64,000 bases of DNA, taken from positions 14,510,001-14,574,000 of the forward strand of contig NC_045698.1 in the NCBI RefSeq assembly GCF_009834535.1. The letters are read 5' to 3'. This document shows positions 1 to 12,678 of the stretch, piece by piece. The notes beneath the pieces are model-generated. The model was not told where the DNA came from, made no database searches, and saw only the letters and a program-made list of their open reading frames with translations. Both the position numbers and the translations under genes were made by a program. Numbering within the stretch: position 1 is the stretch's first letter; every line of letters starts with the position of its first letter. Origin of the DNA: Camelus ferus (lineage: Eukaryota).

Positions 1-1206
1 ATCCCACGTGAACTTACCAAGTGAAATAATTTTCATGACTGGCAGTTTATCATTCAGTACAATGAAGAATTTTTTTTTTAATATTTGAAGTTTGAAATTA
101 AAAAAAAAAAAAACAACTCTGCAATATGATGTTGAAAAATATCCTGGGATCTTTTCTGTTAGGGAAGTGTAAGCCCTCATGTGGTCAACAGAGCTCCAAA
201 TCTCCCCAGTCTCATTCACACAAGTGTTTCCAATAGAAAACTGAACATACAGAAGGATCTGAACCATCCATTTAGATGTATCATTGCCACATAGATTAAA
301 TTATGTGCATGGATATATAATACATAAGTCCATATAATACATATATAAACATATATATATAATTATCTTGACATCAATCCTTTTCCCTCTTTCCCTGCTA
401 GCTCTCCCCACATTAACAAGAGCAGTAAACGTTTTTCCAGCTAAGAGCTCTTGTCACACTAGGCTTTAGTAACACAATTTTTTTTAACACACTTTATAGG
501 GAATAAGGGACAAGGACTGATTTCAAGCTACCACTGCTTATAAGAAGTGAGAGAAAGAGCAGCGTAATGTAGTCCTTAGATGCTGTATACATCCTCAAGG
601 ACAAATGGGTCAGTCAGGCAGAATGTAAAAACTGCCTCAGACTATCTGAATTTTCACAACAGCCTAGCATCCAGGACTCACAGATAGAGCATACGATCTG
701 CAAGATGGCTGTGCTTTTGAACTGGTGTTTGCCAAATCTACATCGGGTCCTAACATCTGACTAGTCTTAAATTTACGTCACTGTCCTACATTTATGTACT
801 ACCATTCAACAACTCTGCTCTTCATTAAAATAAATTAATTTAAACAAGCGAAATTTTTGAACAACATGTCTTTTTTTCCCATCTCAGACATATATCCACA
901 GAAAGAATTAGTGCTCCCATGGCGTAAGTGGAACAAATGAAAGTTAAAGTATCTACAAGATTAATCTGAGCACACATCATTCACCTTAATAAAGACAACT
1001 GGAGGAGGTGCACTGGAAGAATTTTTTTAGGGGTCTGACCAGAACAGAGGTTGAAAACACAGAAATAGGTTATTAGAGATAGGTTGATGTGGCTTTAAAA
1101 GTCTGATAAAGGACTTCCTGTTTTACTGTGTCACCTTCTATGAGCATCTTTTGAGGAGTACAAGGCTTATTTCTATACAAAAGTAAAAGCAGAGTCATTG
1201 TACAGA

Positions 1207-1480
1207 CAGGTTTCCGAACTGGGTTGAGCACAAGGGATGTTCACATTTTCCACTGGTGTAATAGGAAAATACATTAGGACTTCAACTCATAGTCATTTCA
1301 ATTCATCCTTTTAACATTCTATTCTATTTTGGTCTATGCTATACAGATTGCATAATATGTGAGTATAGTAGTATATATGTATAATTTATTATTACAAAAT
1401 ACACATGTACTTGGAAATGGGTTAAATCTCTTGCTGATTACATGAGGCTGAGTGCAATCAAGAAGTTTTAGAGACAGTTT
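1207..1480. mobile_element. Old hAT-Charlie-like DNA transposon relic
   Basis: Starts caggtttccgaact and ends aagttttagagacagt, resembling decayed hAT-Charlie termini; AT-rich interior. Family not certain. Confidence 0.3.
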
Positions 1481-1678
1481 CTTGGAGCTGTGGCTTCCTG
1501 AAAGTCTGTCCAGACAAATGCTAATATTAGTTAAGTTTTCTCTGGTCCATAGGAAACAAGGAGTAAAGGAAAATATATAGAATATGCTTCAATGTCAAGA
1601 ACTCTCTTCTAATCTGTAATTGTGATTCTGTGGCTCTTGGGTTCAGAATTATGAGATGATGATCATAGTCTATGTCAA

Positions 1679-2156
1679 CTATATTTATACAAAGAAATAC
1701 TACTCAGCCATAAAAAAGAATAAAATAATGCCATTTGCAGCAACATGTTTGGACCTAGAAGTCATCACTTTAAGTGAAGTAAGCCAGAAAGAGAAAGAAA
1801 AATACCATATAATATCATTCATATGTGGAATCTAAAAAAATTCAAAAGCAGACACTAATGAATGCCTCTTCAAAACAGAAACAGACTTGCAGACTTTGCA
1901 AACAATCTTATGGTTACTGGGAGGAAAGGCAATGGGAAGGGATAAATTTGGAAGTTCAAGATTTGCAAATATTAACTGCTATTTATAAAAATAGATAACA
2001 AACAAATTTCTTCTGTATAGCACAGGGAACTATATTCAGTATCTTGTAAATAACCTTTAATGAAAATGAATATATGTATGTATCTGTATGGCTAGGACAT
2101 TATGCTGCACACCAGAGACTGACACTTTATAACTGACTATACTTCAATTAAAAAAA
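1679..2156 (+). mobile_element. LINE-1 3' end (5'-truncated, ORF2 tail plus 3'UTR)
   Basis: tactactcagccataaaaaagaataaaataatgccatttgcagcaacatg...ataactgactatacttcaatt then A-run; colinear with the L1 ends at 54750-55225 and 61040-61550. Confidence 0.92.
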
Positions 2157-3869
2157 TTAGATTGACATATGAACCAAAAAAAAAAAAAAGAAAAGAAGAA
2201 TGTTCCTTAGAAATTAGTTGTCTTGTAAAATCCCAAAGGCAAGGAACCTTTGACATATGGGCATCTTTTCAGTTCTGTTTTCCTAGTCTACCATCCTTTG
2301 CCACATGCTTGGCTTCTGATACTCTGCAGATATGATTTGCCTCATCTAATTGCTATAGATGTTGGAGACCATGCACTTTAACTCAACACTAAATTAGTTT
2401 GTGACTTGAACGATTTGAAATGTCAGGAAGCAGCATCATTCCAGTAAATCAAATATGATGTCTGTGCTGAGAAATATCTAATTGGGAAGGCAATTAAGCC
2501 ACAGGCCCGTCAAATGTTCTCACATGGAAGATTTTGTAGAGCCACACCTACAAGGACAAAGTAGGGGACCCCAGAGGTTTGTTTTTGACGGTAGGGATAA
2601 AGAATGACTTAAAGCTCCTCTGCTTAATGTGTGTATTTCCCGTGGATGTAGACCACGGAGCTCAGCGTTTGATGTGTTACTGTCTAGATTTCAAAGCACC
2701 TAACTAGATAGGGTATAATCACAATGGTTGAAAACTCCAACAGGAGAATTGTTCGAGGATCAGCACGATTCACAACTCAGACTTCTTTACTTTCGATTTT
2801 CTATCCAAAGAGTGCAAAGCTGATAAGCAAGATCAAGTTCAGGAGTGACAGAGGATCCCTGGACTCTCCCTTCGTTGTTCACAGAAGCACGGAGCCCACC
2901 CGTCTTCCAAGTTCTAAGCAGCCCCCGTGTCTGGAGGCATCGGGAACTATCCGCTCGCTTCATTTACACTCTGTTAGTCTAGGAGGTGCTATGTCGGCAC
3001 TTAGCGGACAGTTTAAGAAAAATATTTTTCATGACACAGTGACTTCCCAGTTCTACTGCTGATCCGAGTCGATTTAAGGTTTTAGGGCATGAGGCAGGGC
3101 TTCAGGCACCAAACACATAGATGATTTGTTCCAGAAGTAGGAACCACTTGGTTTTGACCCTGGCCTCTTTTCAGAGGCTTCATCTGAGAACTGGGGATAA
3201 ACTGTGCTCAGGCACACAAGGAGAGCACCAGGCATCTAAAGTGATATCAACCATGTTCCCTCCTGTACAGTGTCCAAGTCCAGCCAAGGCAGAGGAGACG
3301 GTCATTTGAAAGAACATGCAATGTGACAGTAACAATTCCATTTCAGTACTGAACTCTGGGGTTGTCATATTCCCATGTGTCTAAAATATACTTATTATAG
3401 ACTTTATTAAAGACACATTGAATTGCGTTGTGAATGTAACTTATGACTCTACAGGCCGAATTATCTAGTTTACATTTCATTGCTTAATATTTATAACTCA
3501 TGCTCCTAATAGTCATCCTCCTCCACCCGCTGACACCTCGTGGTGATTCCTCTCCCTAACACGTCACGACATTAACATAACATTATCTGATAGGTCTGTC
3601 CTAAAAGTCTAAGCTTATCTGACATTCTCCATTCCTTTGGGAGTCAGTTAGCTTTTTTAAAAAGACCATGTAAAATAGTAGGAATGTGTAAGAGCAACAA
3701 TTTAGAAAATATATATCTTTGAAAAAGAAAAGTTACAGCAGTTCAAGGCCCCAGAGATACATTCTTCACAAATCCACATGGAAATATAGAACATAAAGTT
3801 TAATAATGTGCACATAGGCAAGATTCACTAACTTAAGGAAGTTTCCTTATTGTTTGTCTGTAATTTGCT

Positions 3870-4340
3870 TGGCACTGGGAATAAAAGGATGAACCAAAAA
3901 CAAGGTCATTATCATTATTAAGCTCACAGCCTAGTTGTAGCAAAAGAGTTACTCAAATAATCATCCAGCTGAATAGATATTTACAACTCAGACATGTTAT
4001 AAGAAACATACAGGACGTGTTAAGAACATGTAACAGGGAGCCCAAATCTAGTCTTTGGGAACAGTGATGAATTCCCTGAAAAATGACATTAAATTATGTA
4101 ATATAATGAATTTTAAGACAGGAAGTGCATGGGAACTTAGAAGGATCAAAGAAAAGAAAGCAAGTGTGGCTGGAGGGCAATTTCAAGGAGAGTGTGTATA
4201 ACATGAAGTCTTTTAGCCTAAGAGTTATGGAACATCCATCGAGATTTTGGTAGGGCTGTGACATGAATGGATTTATGTTTTAAAATGATGCTTCCTTGGG
4301 CTTTAGGGTTGAAAATCCATCTCAGTGGGTGTGGGAGATC
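3870..4340 (-). mobile_element. LINE-2 fragment
   Basis: ggcactgggaataaaaggatgaacc...gctcacagcctag...gtgacatgaatggatttatgttttaaaatgat matches the reverse complement of the L2 3' region. Confidence 0.6.
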
Positions 4341-4840
4341 TGTTAGTAGCCTGATAACAGCTCGGTCTCAGATAATTTATCAATGAGACAGATCCAACAC
4401 GAACTATGATTTCGGCAGATTGTCTCTTACATCAAAGAAGACAAAACCCCAACTAGTCAGACAAATTAAAATTAGAACAACATGGGAAAGGGGATTACTT
4501 AACTCACACGTGTTAATAGTAACAAAGCAGAAATGCCTTAAGAGATTCAAGTGAGCTGCTTGCATTGTATTTCATTTATAGGCATCGCCTACCAATTGGA
4601 GGGTAAGAATGGGGAAATGGAAGCCAAAAAGAAACTAAACCATATTTCCTTTCCCTTGATGTTCATTTATTTTCACATTAAGCAACAAACCAAGAGATAG
4701 GATATAGCATGATCATTATTCAAAAACTTTCCCTAATACTCACAAAATACTCTTCACTATGGCAGAATCCACATAGTCTAATGTTGTCTGATAGTTCTTC
4801 CACAATGATCAGTTTCAGCTCTACATTAACCTTGAATATT

Positions 4841-4915
4841 CATATATATATATATATATACACACATATATACATACACACACATGCACACACACACACA
4901 TATATATATATATAT
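4841..4915. repeat. Compound (TA)n/(CA)n microsatellite
   Basis: Seen directly. Confidence 0.95.
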
Positions 4916-5716
4916 AAAAACATCAATGAAAAGTCAGACTTACTTAATTTGGAAGTAAGGACACTTATTTTTCATTGCCTTTAGCTAAATTGAGTTTTTT
5001 AGATGAAAATTGCACATTAGGATAAAAAGACTTTTTTTTCCCAAAGCAATATACATTATAAATGCCTAGAGTTGTTTATTTGCCTCTTTGAAGATGGCTG
5101 TTTTTGTGGACTGAGTTTCAAACTACATTTCACAGCAAACTGTTTACAAGAGTTTAAATCTGTTAAATTTGTGTGGTTGGAAAGTCAAAGTGAGAATTTT
5201 GGTCCTATTTCTAAAGTTTTTTTGTGTGTGGAAATGAAAACAGGAAGGGAAAGTGGTGCACGGATTTAATAAAAACACCAAGAATAACTAACATATGATG
5301 AAGGAAAGTACATCAATAAAAAAGCATTAGAAAGCAGCAAAGAAGTTGCCAAGAAAGTTACAGCTTTTCCAATTTATCCGAGTTTAAAGGGCCAAGAATT
5401 GGGTGTACTAAATTACTTTCCCCTGAAGAGCGAGAGACCGGGTGGAGCTCAGGCTCAGGAATCCACAGATAGCTGTACCCAGATGCAGACAATTCCATGC
5501 CTTACTCTCTAGAGTCTGGCATTCTGTTGTATATGAAATTTTGATGTTCATAGCAATCATATATACTCCTTAAATCACATAGGATTATTGCTTTCAGACA
5601 TAGGAGCAATACAATTGGGTATTTATTTAATTTATTGACATCAGATAGCAGGTTGGGTCTAATCCAAAGTGCTAAGTGAAATGCCATGGAAAGTAAGATA
5701 CTCATCAGGAAATTAA

Positions 5717-5756
5717 ACACGTGAGCACGTGCATGCGCACACACACACACACACGC
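5717..5756. repeat. (CA)n microsatellite with an alternating purine/pyrimidine lead-in
   Basis: acacgtgagcacgtgcatgcgcacacacacacacacacgc. Confidence 0.85.
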
Positions 5757-7119
5757 AAAGTAACTGCTCTGAGTGAAACCTCTTAGGCTAAAGAGACAGG
5801 TTGAAGTGACAGGTTGACTTGTTCGATGATGGTTTTCTATCTCATGTAACCTGTTAAGGGAATCGATTGTCTTGCTCACATGTTGAAACAGGGAAGAAAC
5901 CGAAGAAAGCATGTGTGATCTCGTTTTAGAGAAATAGATGCCTCTCTTTCCCTTCATTTCTGCCTCTCCATCTTCTTCAAGCCTAGAGTCAGGATATTAA
6001 TTGTCGAAATAGGCAAGAAACATCTACGCCCTAGATCCTAGGGTTTGCTGTCAATCAAAAGGAAATCTACAAAGCATCCAAAAATGAAGTTGGTGGTCAT
6101 GGTATTAGCAACAACAACGAAAAATAATGACTTTTTTCAATCTTAAGGGAAAATACATAAAAGCAAAACGCACACCTGGCATGCAAATTTAATTGTGAAT
6201 ATGATCCTTTGGAAAGTGTTTTTTCCTATTGGACAATAACTGAAGAAAGTAATACTGCTACCCAAACTGTTGGAAAAAAATAATAAATAATCTTATCACC
6301 ACATAGGTGACCTGTGAGGAGAAGCAGAGGAGAAGTGTGTCCCTCTATTTCTTGACAGGAATTTTACTCAACTCATATTGAGGTTTTCTCACATAGAGAA
6401 ACCACAGGTAGGTAGTAACAGTGTTGCTATATGTGTTCAGTGTTTGTTTTATTACTACTGTTAAGTTAGCTTGCATCCCTTATATACTCATTGTCTTTTT
6501 AGCATATTACACACCCCATATTCTTGGTACCTTTTAGTTTCAAAAAAATGAAAATATTTTTATATTGCATTGAATTCTAATATTTCTATCTACTTCTTCC
6601 ATACCTATTATACACATAAATGTATTCTCTCTAGTTTTCTTTTTTTCCTCTGTCCTCTAACATGATACAGTAAAAAAATAAATGTGCTCTGAAGCCAAAG
6701 GAATCTGAATGTGAATTTTGATACAATCTCTTAATTACTCTGCAAAGTGAGGAAGGTGTCCAACTTTTCAATGAATTGAATAAAGAAGTGTATGAAATGC
6801 CAAATGAGATACATTATAAACAGTGGATGTACTACAAAGTTTAACTCAGTTTCTCCTTTCTTTTTTGCTAATTATGTGTCATGTTTAGGTGTCTTCTTGT
6901 CTAAAACCAAATCAGGTCAGAAAAACCTCAGCCTTTTGTTACTATACACTCCATTCAATCATACAAAATCTATGTCCTTTCACCTGTAAACTCTTAAAGC
7001 ACACGGACTGTATTTGTTTCCACGCTCCATTTACCATTATTACTAGTTTGTAATCCAGATTTTATTCCTCTGCTTTATTGGGGAAAAAAATGCCTAGCAA
7101 CCCACACTAGAATATAAAT

Positions 7120-7330
7120 CACTGATTAAGAGTAGACCAGGATTCTGCAGACAGAATGCCTGGTTCAAATCCTGTCTCTGATATTTACTAGTTATGAGAT
7201 TTTTGTTTGTTTGTTTACTTGTTTTTTGTTCAACCTTATCCATTGTGCCTTATCTGTCGTAAAAATTTTTTAATGAGATAATACACGTGAATATCTTAAA
7301 AGTACAGACTGCATGCTAAATATTATCATA
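7120..7330 (+). mobile_element. MIR SINE
   Basis: gcctggttcaaatcctgtctctgatatttactagttatg...aatgagataatacacgtgaa matches the MIR core and 3' part. Confidence 0.6.
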
Positions 7331-7334
7331 ACTC

Positions 7335-7850
7335 TGCCAATTCCAATGACATTGTCTCTTGTCCAACTTCATTTTTAGTACTTGACACTGTTCACCACGT
7401 ACTTCTGCGTGAAGCTCTGAATTTACAGCACACCTGAATGCACTGCCCGTTTTCTTCTGCCTGTCCTTCCTTCTCTTCTGGTTATGAGTATTCCTCTTCC
7501 TCGTCCCCTCAACACCAGTTACTGACAAGCTGCCCTCGCCCTTCTGCTGGTCTCTCTGGATTCTCATGGCCCCATAAATTCCCACGCTATAGCTTCGTCT
7601 GTAAGTGATACTCAATGACAACCAAATTTTCATCCCAGTCACTTTATAACCCTCCAATTTCTGTATTAATAACAATATCAAGACTGGTCCCCTTGGTTGC
7701 TTTAGAAGAGTTGCTAAATTTATTAGACATGAAACTCAATATTTCATATTTCCCTGTTCCTTGAAAATTAGAAGATGCCTTCACCTGTCATATTTCTTTC
7801 AAGGAGCCTTACTCTATCTCACAAAAACCTAGGAAATATTTCCAGCTTTC
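7335..7850 (+). mobile_element. LINE-2 fragment
   Basis: Pyrimidine-rich L2-like motifs such as acttgacactgttcaccac and gacatgaaactcaatatttc. Confidence 0.45.
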
Positions 7851-7864
7851 TGTTCTCTGAACAA

Positions 7865-7965
7865 ACAGCAGGACTGCACTTTCCCATGCCTTGTGTGTGG
7901 GTGAAGCCATGTAAGTAGTTTGTCCTTTGAGTTTTGAGTGGACGTGACATGTTTTACTTCAATGT
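7865..7965. mobile_element. MLT1 (MaLR LTR) fragment
   Basis: tttcccatgccttgtgtgtgggtgaagccatgtaagtagtttgtcctttgagttttgagtggacgtgacatgttttacttc resembles a conserved MLT1 block. Confidence 0.5.
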
Positions 7966-9724
7966 TAGTATTCTCTTTCCCTCTGTTACATTAACTATCA
8001 ACTTGCAAGGTTTTAATAAATTCTTCATCTCTTCAATGTACAACTGTGATCTTGCCAGTTGGAGACAAGGTAACTGTAATCTGCGGTTCTAGAGTAACGC
8101 CTTATATACAGCCGGTGCTTAAAAATCTACTGAGGAAAGGAATTAATCTATCCCATGCTTTAAGGGATTCTTATATATGCAGTAGGTACATCCTTAGTAA
8201 ACAATAATATTTTGCATTGATAAACTAATGTCCTGCCTGTCTATAAAAGTGCAATTTAAGTGCGTAGAGTATAGATCACAAAATTCATACATTTATCAGA
8301 TACTGAAGTGTTTTAGTTGGGTTTGAAAACGTTTTCTATTGAATTTATTAACACATGTATAGCTCATTTAACCCAGACATACTGCCTTACTGAACAAAAG
8401 AACTTTATTTTTACATAAGCTGTTTCTCCTCTGCCATCTCTCCTTCTGTTAATCCCACTTCCCCTTACACACTGATGCCGCAACTATACAGGAACCTACT
8501 TTTCTATCATTGGATTCATTTAATTTTGATTGGCCTCAAGCAAATTTTACATTCATTTCTTTTCTGAAATTAATAAATCTTAGTTTAGGTTTTTCCCCAA
8601 CCACATAGCCAATATCACTAAAATGTATTAAAAATAGAGCCAGTAAAGTGCATCCACAAGTCTTGAATATAAAACTCTTAAAGATTAAATTTGTGCAGCT
8701 CCATCAACTTGAAATTCAAGAAGCCTGGGTTTCTGTATTATCTTTGCTGCCAAGAATGTAGTGATCTTGGGTTTCTCTGTATCTTAGTTTCTTTATCTAA
8801 AAACTACAGGACACACTGTATATATTTCAGAACAAAGTTCCAATTATAGCTATGAATTCTCTCTTATCTATAATTTTTGCTTTCTCTATATGCATTTGTC
8901 TCATCCACTTTATCTCTTTTCCTCCTGCAGGCAACTTAAAAGAGGAACAACTGATTAAGAAAACTTCAAAACATTTTGGTAACTTAACATTTGTTTAAAT
9001 GAAAGTGAATTAAAGACTGGATTCTTTGGGATATCTGTCTATAGCATGCATCTATGTTATTGATAAATATTCTGTGATATTTTTCTTTGTAGGAACTACC
9101 AATATTAACCCCATTATTTTCTGAGCATATATAAGCTCATTTCCTCAAAGCTTAACCTTTTAGGCTAGATAGGAATATTAAGAAATAATATGTCAGCCTT
9201 TTTAAATAAAAATATTAGAAAATCACATCATTACCTTTCTCTGAACTAATATTTTTATTAACACAAATCCTTCTAAATATTTTAAGTTGAATTCTAAAGA
9301 CAAGTACACAATAGCACACAGCAGTCAGTAACCATGATAATCATGATTATTATTAAAATCTAATAATACCTAGGTGAGGCTACAGAAAAATGTTGAGAAA
9401 TTTGTTGAAAAAATAACAGTATTTCACAGTGATATTCTTCATGAATAATGTCTGTTCCATTCACAAACTAACATGGACCATTGAACAATTTTTTACCTAC
9501 AATGATAGCCAGTTTGTTAATGTAAGCAGTGTTTATTTATTTCACAAAAAACTCAGGATGCATATATACAATTATTTTAATATGTTCGGAAACAAACAAA
9601 CAAAAAACCACAGAACTTAAGTCTTGAGTTCTGCTTTACTCTACATTTTTTAAATTTATTTTTACTTTACTTGCATACTCTATTAAATACAGTCTATTAA
9701 AAAAAACCCAGCTCTACTAAATAC

Positions 9725-10600
9725 ACTACCATGTACCCAGTGTTTCAAGCTAAAAATCTAGGAGCTCATCATTTCTCTTTTTCTGTTCCTCTCCTGGTGT
9801 CTGCTGGCTTCACGCCCAAGCTCTATCTTAACTCCAAGCAGTGTCATCCTTCGCCATTGCTGCCAGTTCAAACTTCTATCATCATTTGCAGTAGCCTCTT
9901 AACTGTCTTCCTAAACCCAACAGTAATTTTTCTACCTCAATTCCATTCTCCAAGCATCAGTCAACAGTTTTCTAAAAGTAAAAAAAAAAACAAAACAAAA
10001 AACCCACATCATTTTATTCCGTTGCATTTTTACTTAGTATTTTGCTTAATACCTTCGAGTCTTGAAATGCTATCCTGAGTCACAACATAAAACTCAAACT
10101 TTTGAGGAGGATCTATCTACCCAGTCCCATACAATCTGCCTCTTGTCAGACACTAACTCACTGTATCACACTTGACAAATTTCTATTTCTCCAAAACGAC
10201 ATGCCAAGCTCCTCCCCATTTTGCAGATGGCACAGTTGCTCTTCCCTGTGCTTGCAAACTTTATCCCCCAGATCTAATCTTTTCATAATTCCCATCTCAA
10301 GCAACTATCAGTAATTCACAGAAATGACTTCAGTAACCAGGAACTCCGTGTCATAGCTCCCTCTTGTTAGTTTGTTCATGTGGTTCCTTGCTTATGACTT
10401 CTTCCCACTCTAAACAATGTCATATTTTTTGGTCTGTTCAGTGTTTGCCTCTGCTCCTGACCAGAATGTAATCTCCTTAGGTGCAGAACTTGTTGGGTTT
10501 GGTTTTATTGTTTGTTTTTGATACAAGTCTATTCCCAGAGCTAAGAATACTGCTCACCATATATTAGGATCTCAATATACATTTGCAGAATGAATAAATA
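9725..10600 (+). mobile_element. LINE-2 3' region
   Basis: caagctaaaaatctaggag...cagaatgtaatctccttagg...tctcaatatacatttgcagaatgaataaat, ending in a canonical L2 3' terminus. Confidence 0.7.
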
Positions 10601-10629
10601 GCATGTAGACAAGCATGGCAGACACGGCA

Positions 10630-10790
10630 CAATTAAAATAGACTTCAGAACGGGGGACAGTGTCAATCTTGACTTTTCTTCTAACTGGCAGTGTGAATCT
10701 GGCAAGACACGCAAACTCTCTAGTGATTCAGTTTTGTTTTCAATGAAATTAAGTCGTTGAGTTAGACATTTTCTAGATTAATACAGTTTT
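10630..10790 (+). mobile_element. MIR SINE
   Basis: ctaactggcagtgtgaatctggcaagacacgcaaactctctagtgattcagttttg is MIR-core-like. Confidence 0.5.
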
Positions 10791-12309
10791 AATATATTGA
10801 GGGCCCCTTTTGTTTTTCTTTTGAAAATTGCTTCTTTCTTTAACTTCTAGTATTCAATTTTTATTTGACTGGAAACTTATAAATTTCTTCAAATGACCTC
10901 ATTGAGGTGGGAAGTGACTAAAAAAGGTAAAAAATAATGATGGTAAGAAACAGCTTTAAATAGCTATTTAAGTTCTCTTATCACACTACAGCTAAGTGAT
11001 TATGACACTGTAGTTGTAAATCTATATGGCAATATCACAGTATTCGTATCTTGTCAATGCTGCCAAGTGTTATCTCCTTAAAAAACAAATTTTATGATAT
11101 TTAATACATAATTACTTTAATGAAAAATGTGGTGATAATTTGAAGCAGTTCCTCCTCTGAATAGAAGCTGTCAAGTTTATTATATTTGAATTAATTGGAA
11201 ATTCCTTGGCTTTGTAATGAGATAAGGCACTAATTAGAGCCTTCCATTTAACCAGGAAACTTTGACCTTGGAGAAGAGAGGAGAGAAGAGAAAGGAGATG
11301 ATAGAAAAGAAATATGATAGCAGACAGAGAGAGAAAGAGAAAGGCATTGACTGTGCAAAGCACAAATATATAATAAAAATGAAATGCAAAAAAAAAAAAT
11401 TAAAGAACAAATGAAATGCAGTCAGTTAAAGAGAACATTTAAACAAGTTTTATGATTTTCTGTATTTCCACTGCTGGATAATTTGCACACTGAGTTTTTT
11501 GTTTTTTTTTTCTCCTATTAAAGATTTTTATGAACCCTTTTCTTTTACAAATGGTAAAGAGTTTTTATTAAAAAAAAAAGGAATATCCTACAGAGATATC
11601 AGGATGCAGTCACCTATTTAATAAAAAGGAGTTACACCAATGTTTAGAGAACCAAAGTAATTTTCTATTAACAGTAGATAATACAACAAATTGTTAACCT
11701 TACATTTGTTTCTGGTCTGTACTGTCCTAAATCAATTCAATTGTTTTGTTTTTGTTTTTAGAATTTCATCATCCTTTCCTGAGATGCATGTCAATCATGC
11801 AATAAATGTCCAGGAACATCTTTAAATTTCAGCAAATGTCAGAGCAGAATAAATTCTAAATGAAGCCCCAAGTCCTTGCTAACAGCTGTGGAAAGAAGCA
11901 TTTATTTAAATGCGATTTCCTACTCCTTGACTTGGAAATACAATTGAGATTCCAAAATAAAGACCCCTCAAAATTTGTATTTTTACATTATAGGATAAAT
12001 ATTTTGATTGTTTCTCTATCTTAAAAAGACATTTTATTCTTCTATGTTTTGGCTTCTAAAAAGGGACAATTTAACAGTATATACTCCAAAGGTGTGTGTT
12101 AAACATACTTGTGCTGTTACAACTATCCATAGATTCAAAATGAACAATGAACTTCACAAATTAAGTTTAATATATGCTATCATGCATATTCAAAATGATA
12201 TCTTGGATGAAAACACATTTTACTTACACTAAGATATCTAGTTGGATTGATCATGTGGCTGAACTATGTAGTTGATAATCATACAGCTGCTCGAAAATGT
12301 ACACATCTT

Positions 12310-12678
12310 CCCGTAAGGGTGGTGGGAACCACAGCAAGTCTCCAGGATAGTCGTTCAGAAAATGTTCTAGAGTTTCTAGCCCTATTCAACATTCTACCTA
12401 ACAATAAAACCAAATTACACTCACGTTAAAATAATTTTGGCAAATGCTGCATGGTGTATTCTCTGTTTGGACCTTAAAATGCAAAGTAGTTTAATAAAGA
12501 CTCTGAAAGTCTCGTAGTCGTGCAAACTATTTTGTTTTTAACCCACAACTTTCACAAGTTTATCGACCACGGAAGTGCTATCATTGTCGGAGTTATTGTT
12601 TTGTTTGATTTCCTTTATTTCGTAACATCCATTAGCACCTGGTGGAATAGTAGTGGGCCTCTGGGAAACGCTGATCTA
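12310..12678. mobile_element. hAT-Charlie DNA transposon relic (Charlie4-like)
   Basis: tttggcaaatgctgcat...aataaagactctgaaagtctc...tttaacccacaactttcacaagtttatcgaccacggaa, ending gggaaacgctg. Confidence 0.5.

Noticed and set aside
5502..5957. 151-aa minus-strand ORF
   Set aside because: Runs through a (CA)n repeat; no homology recognised.
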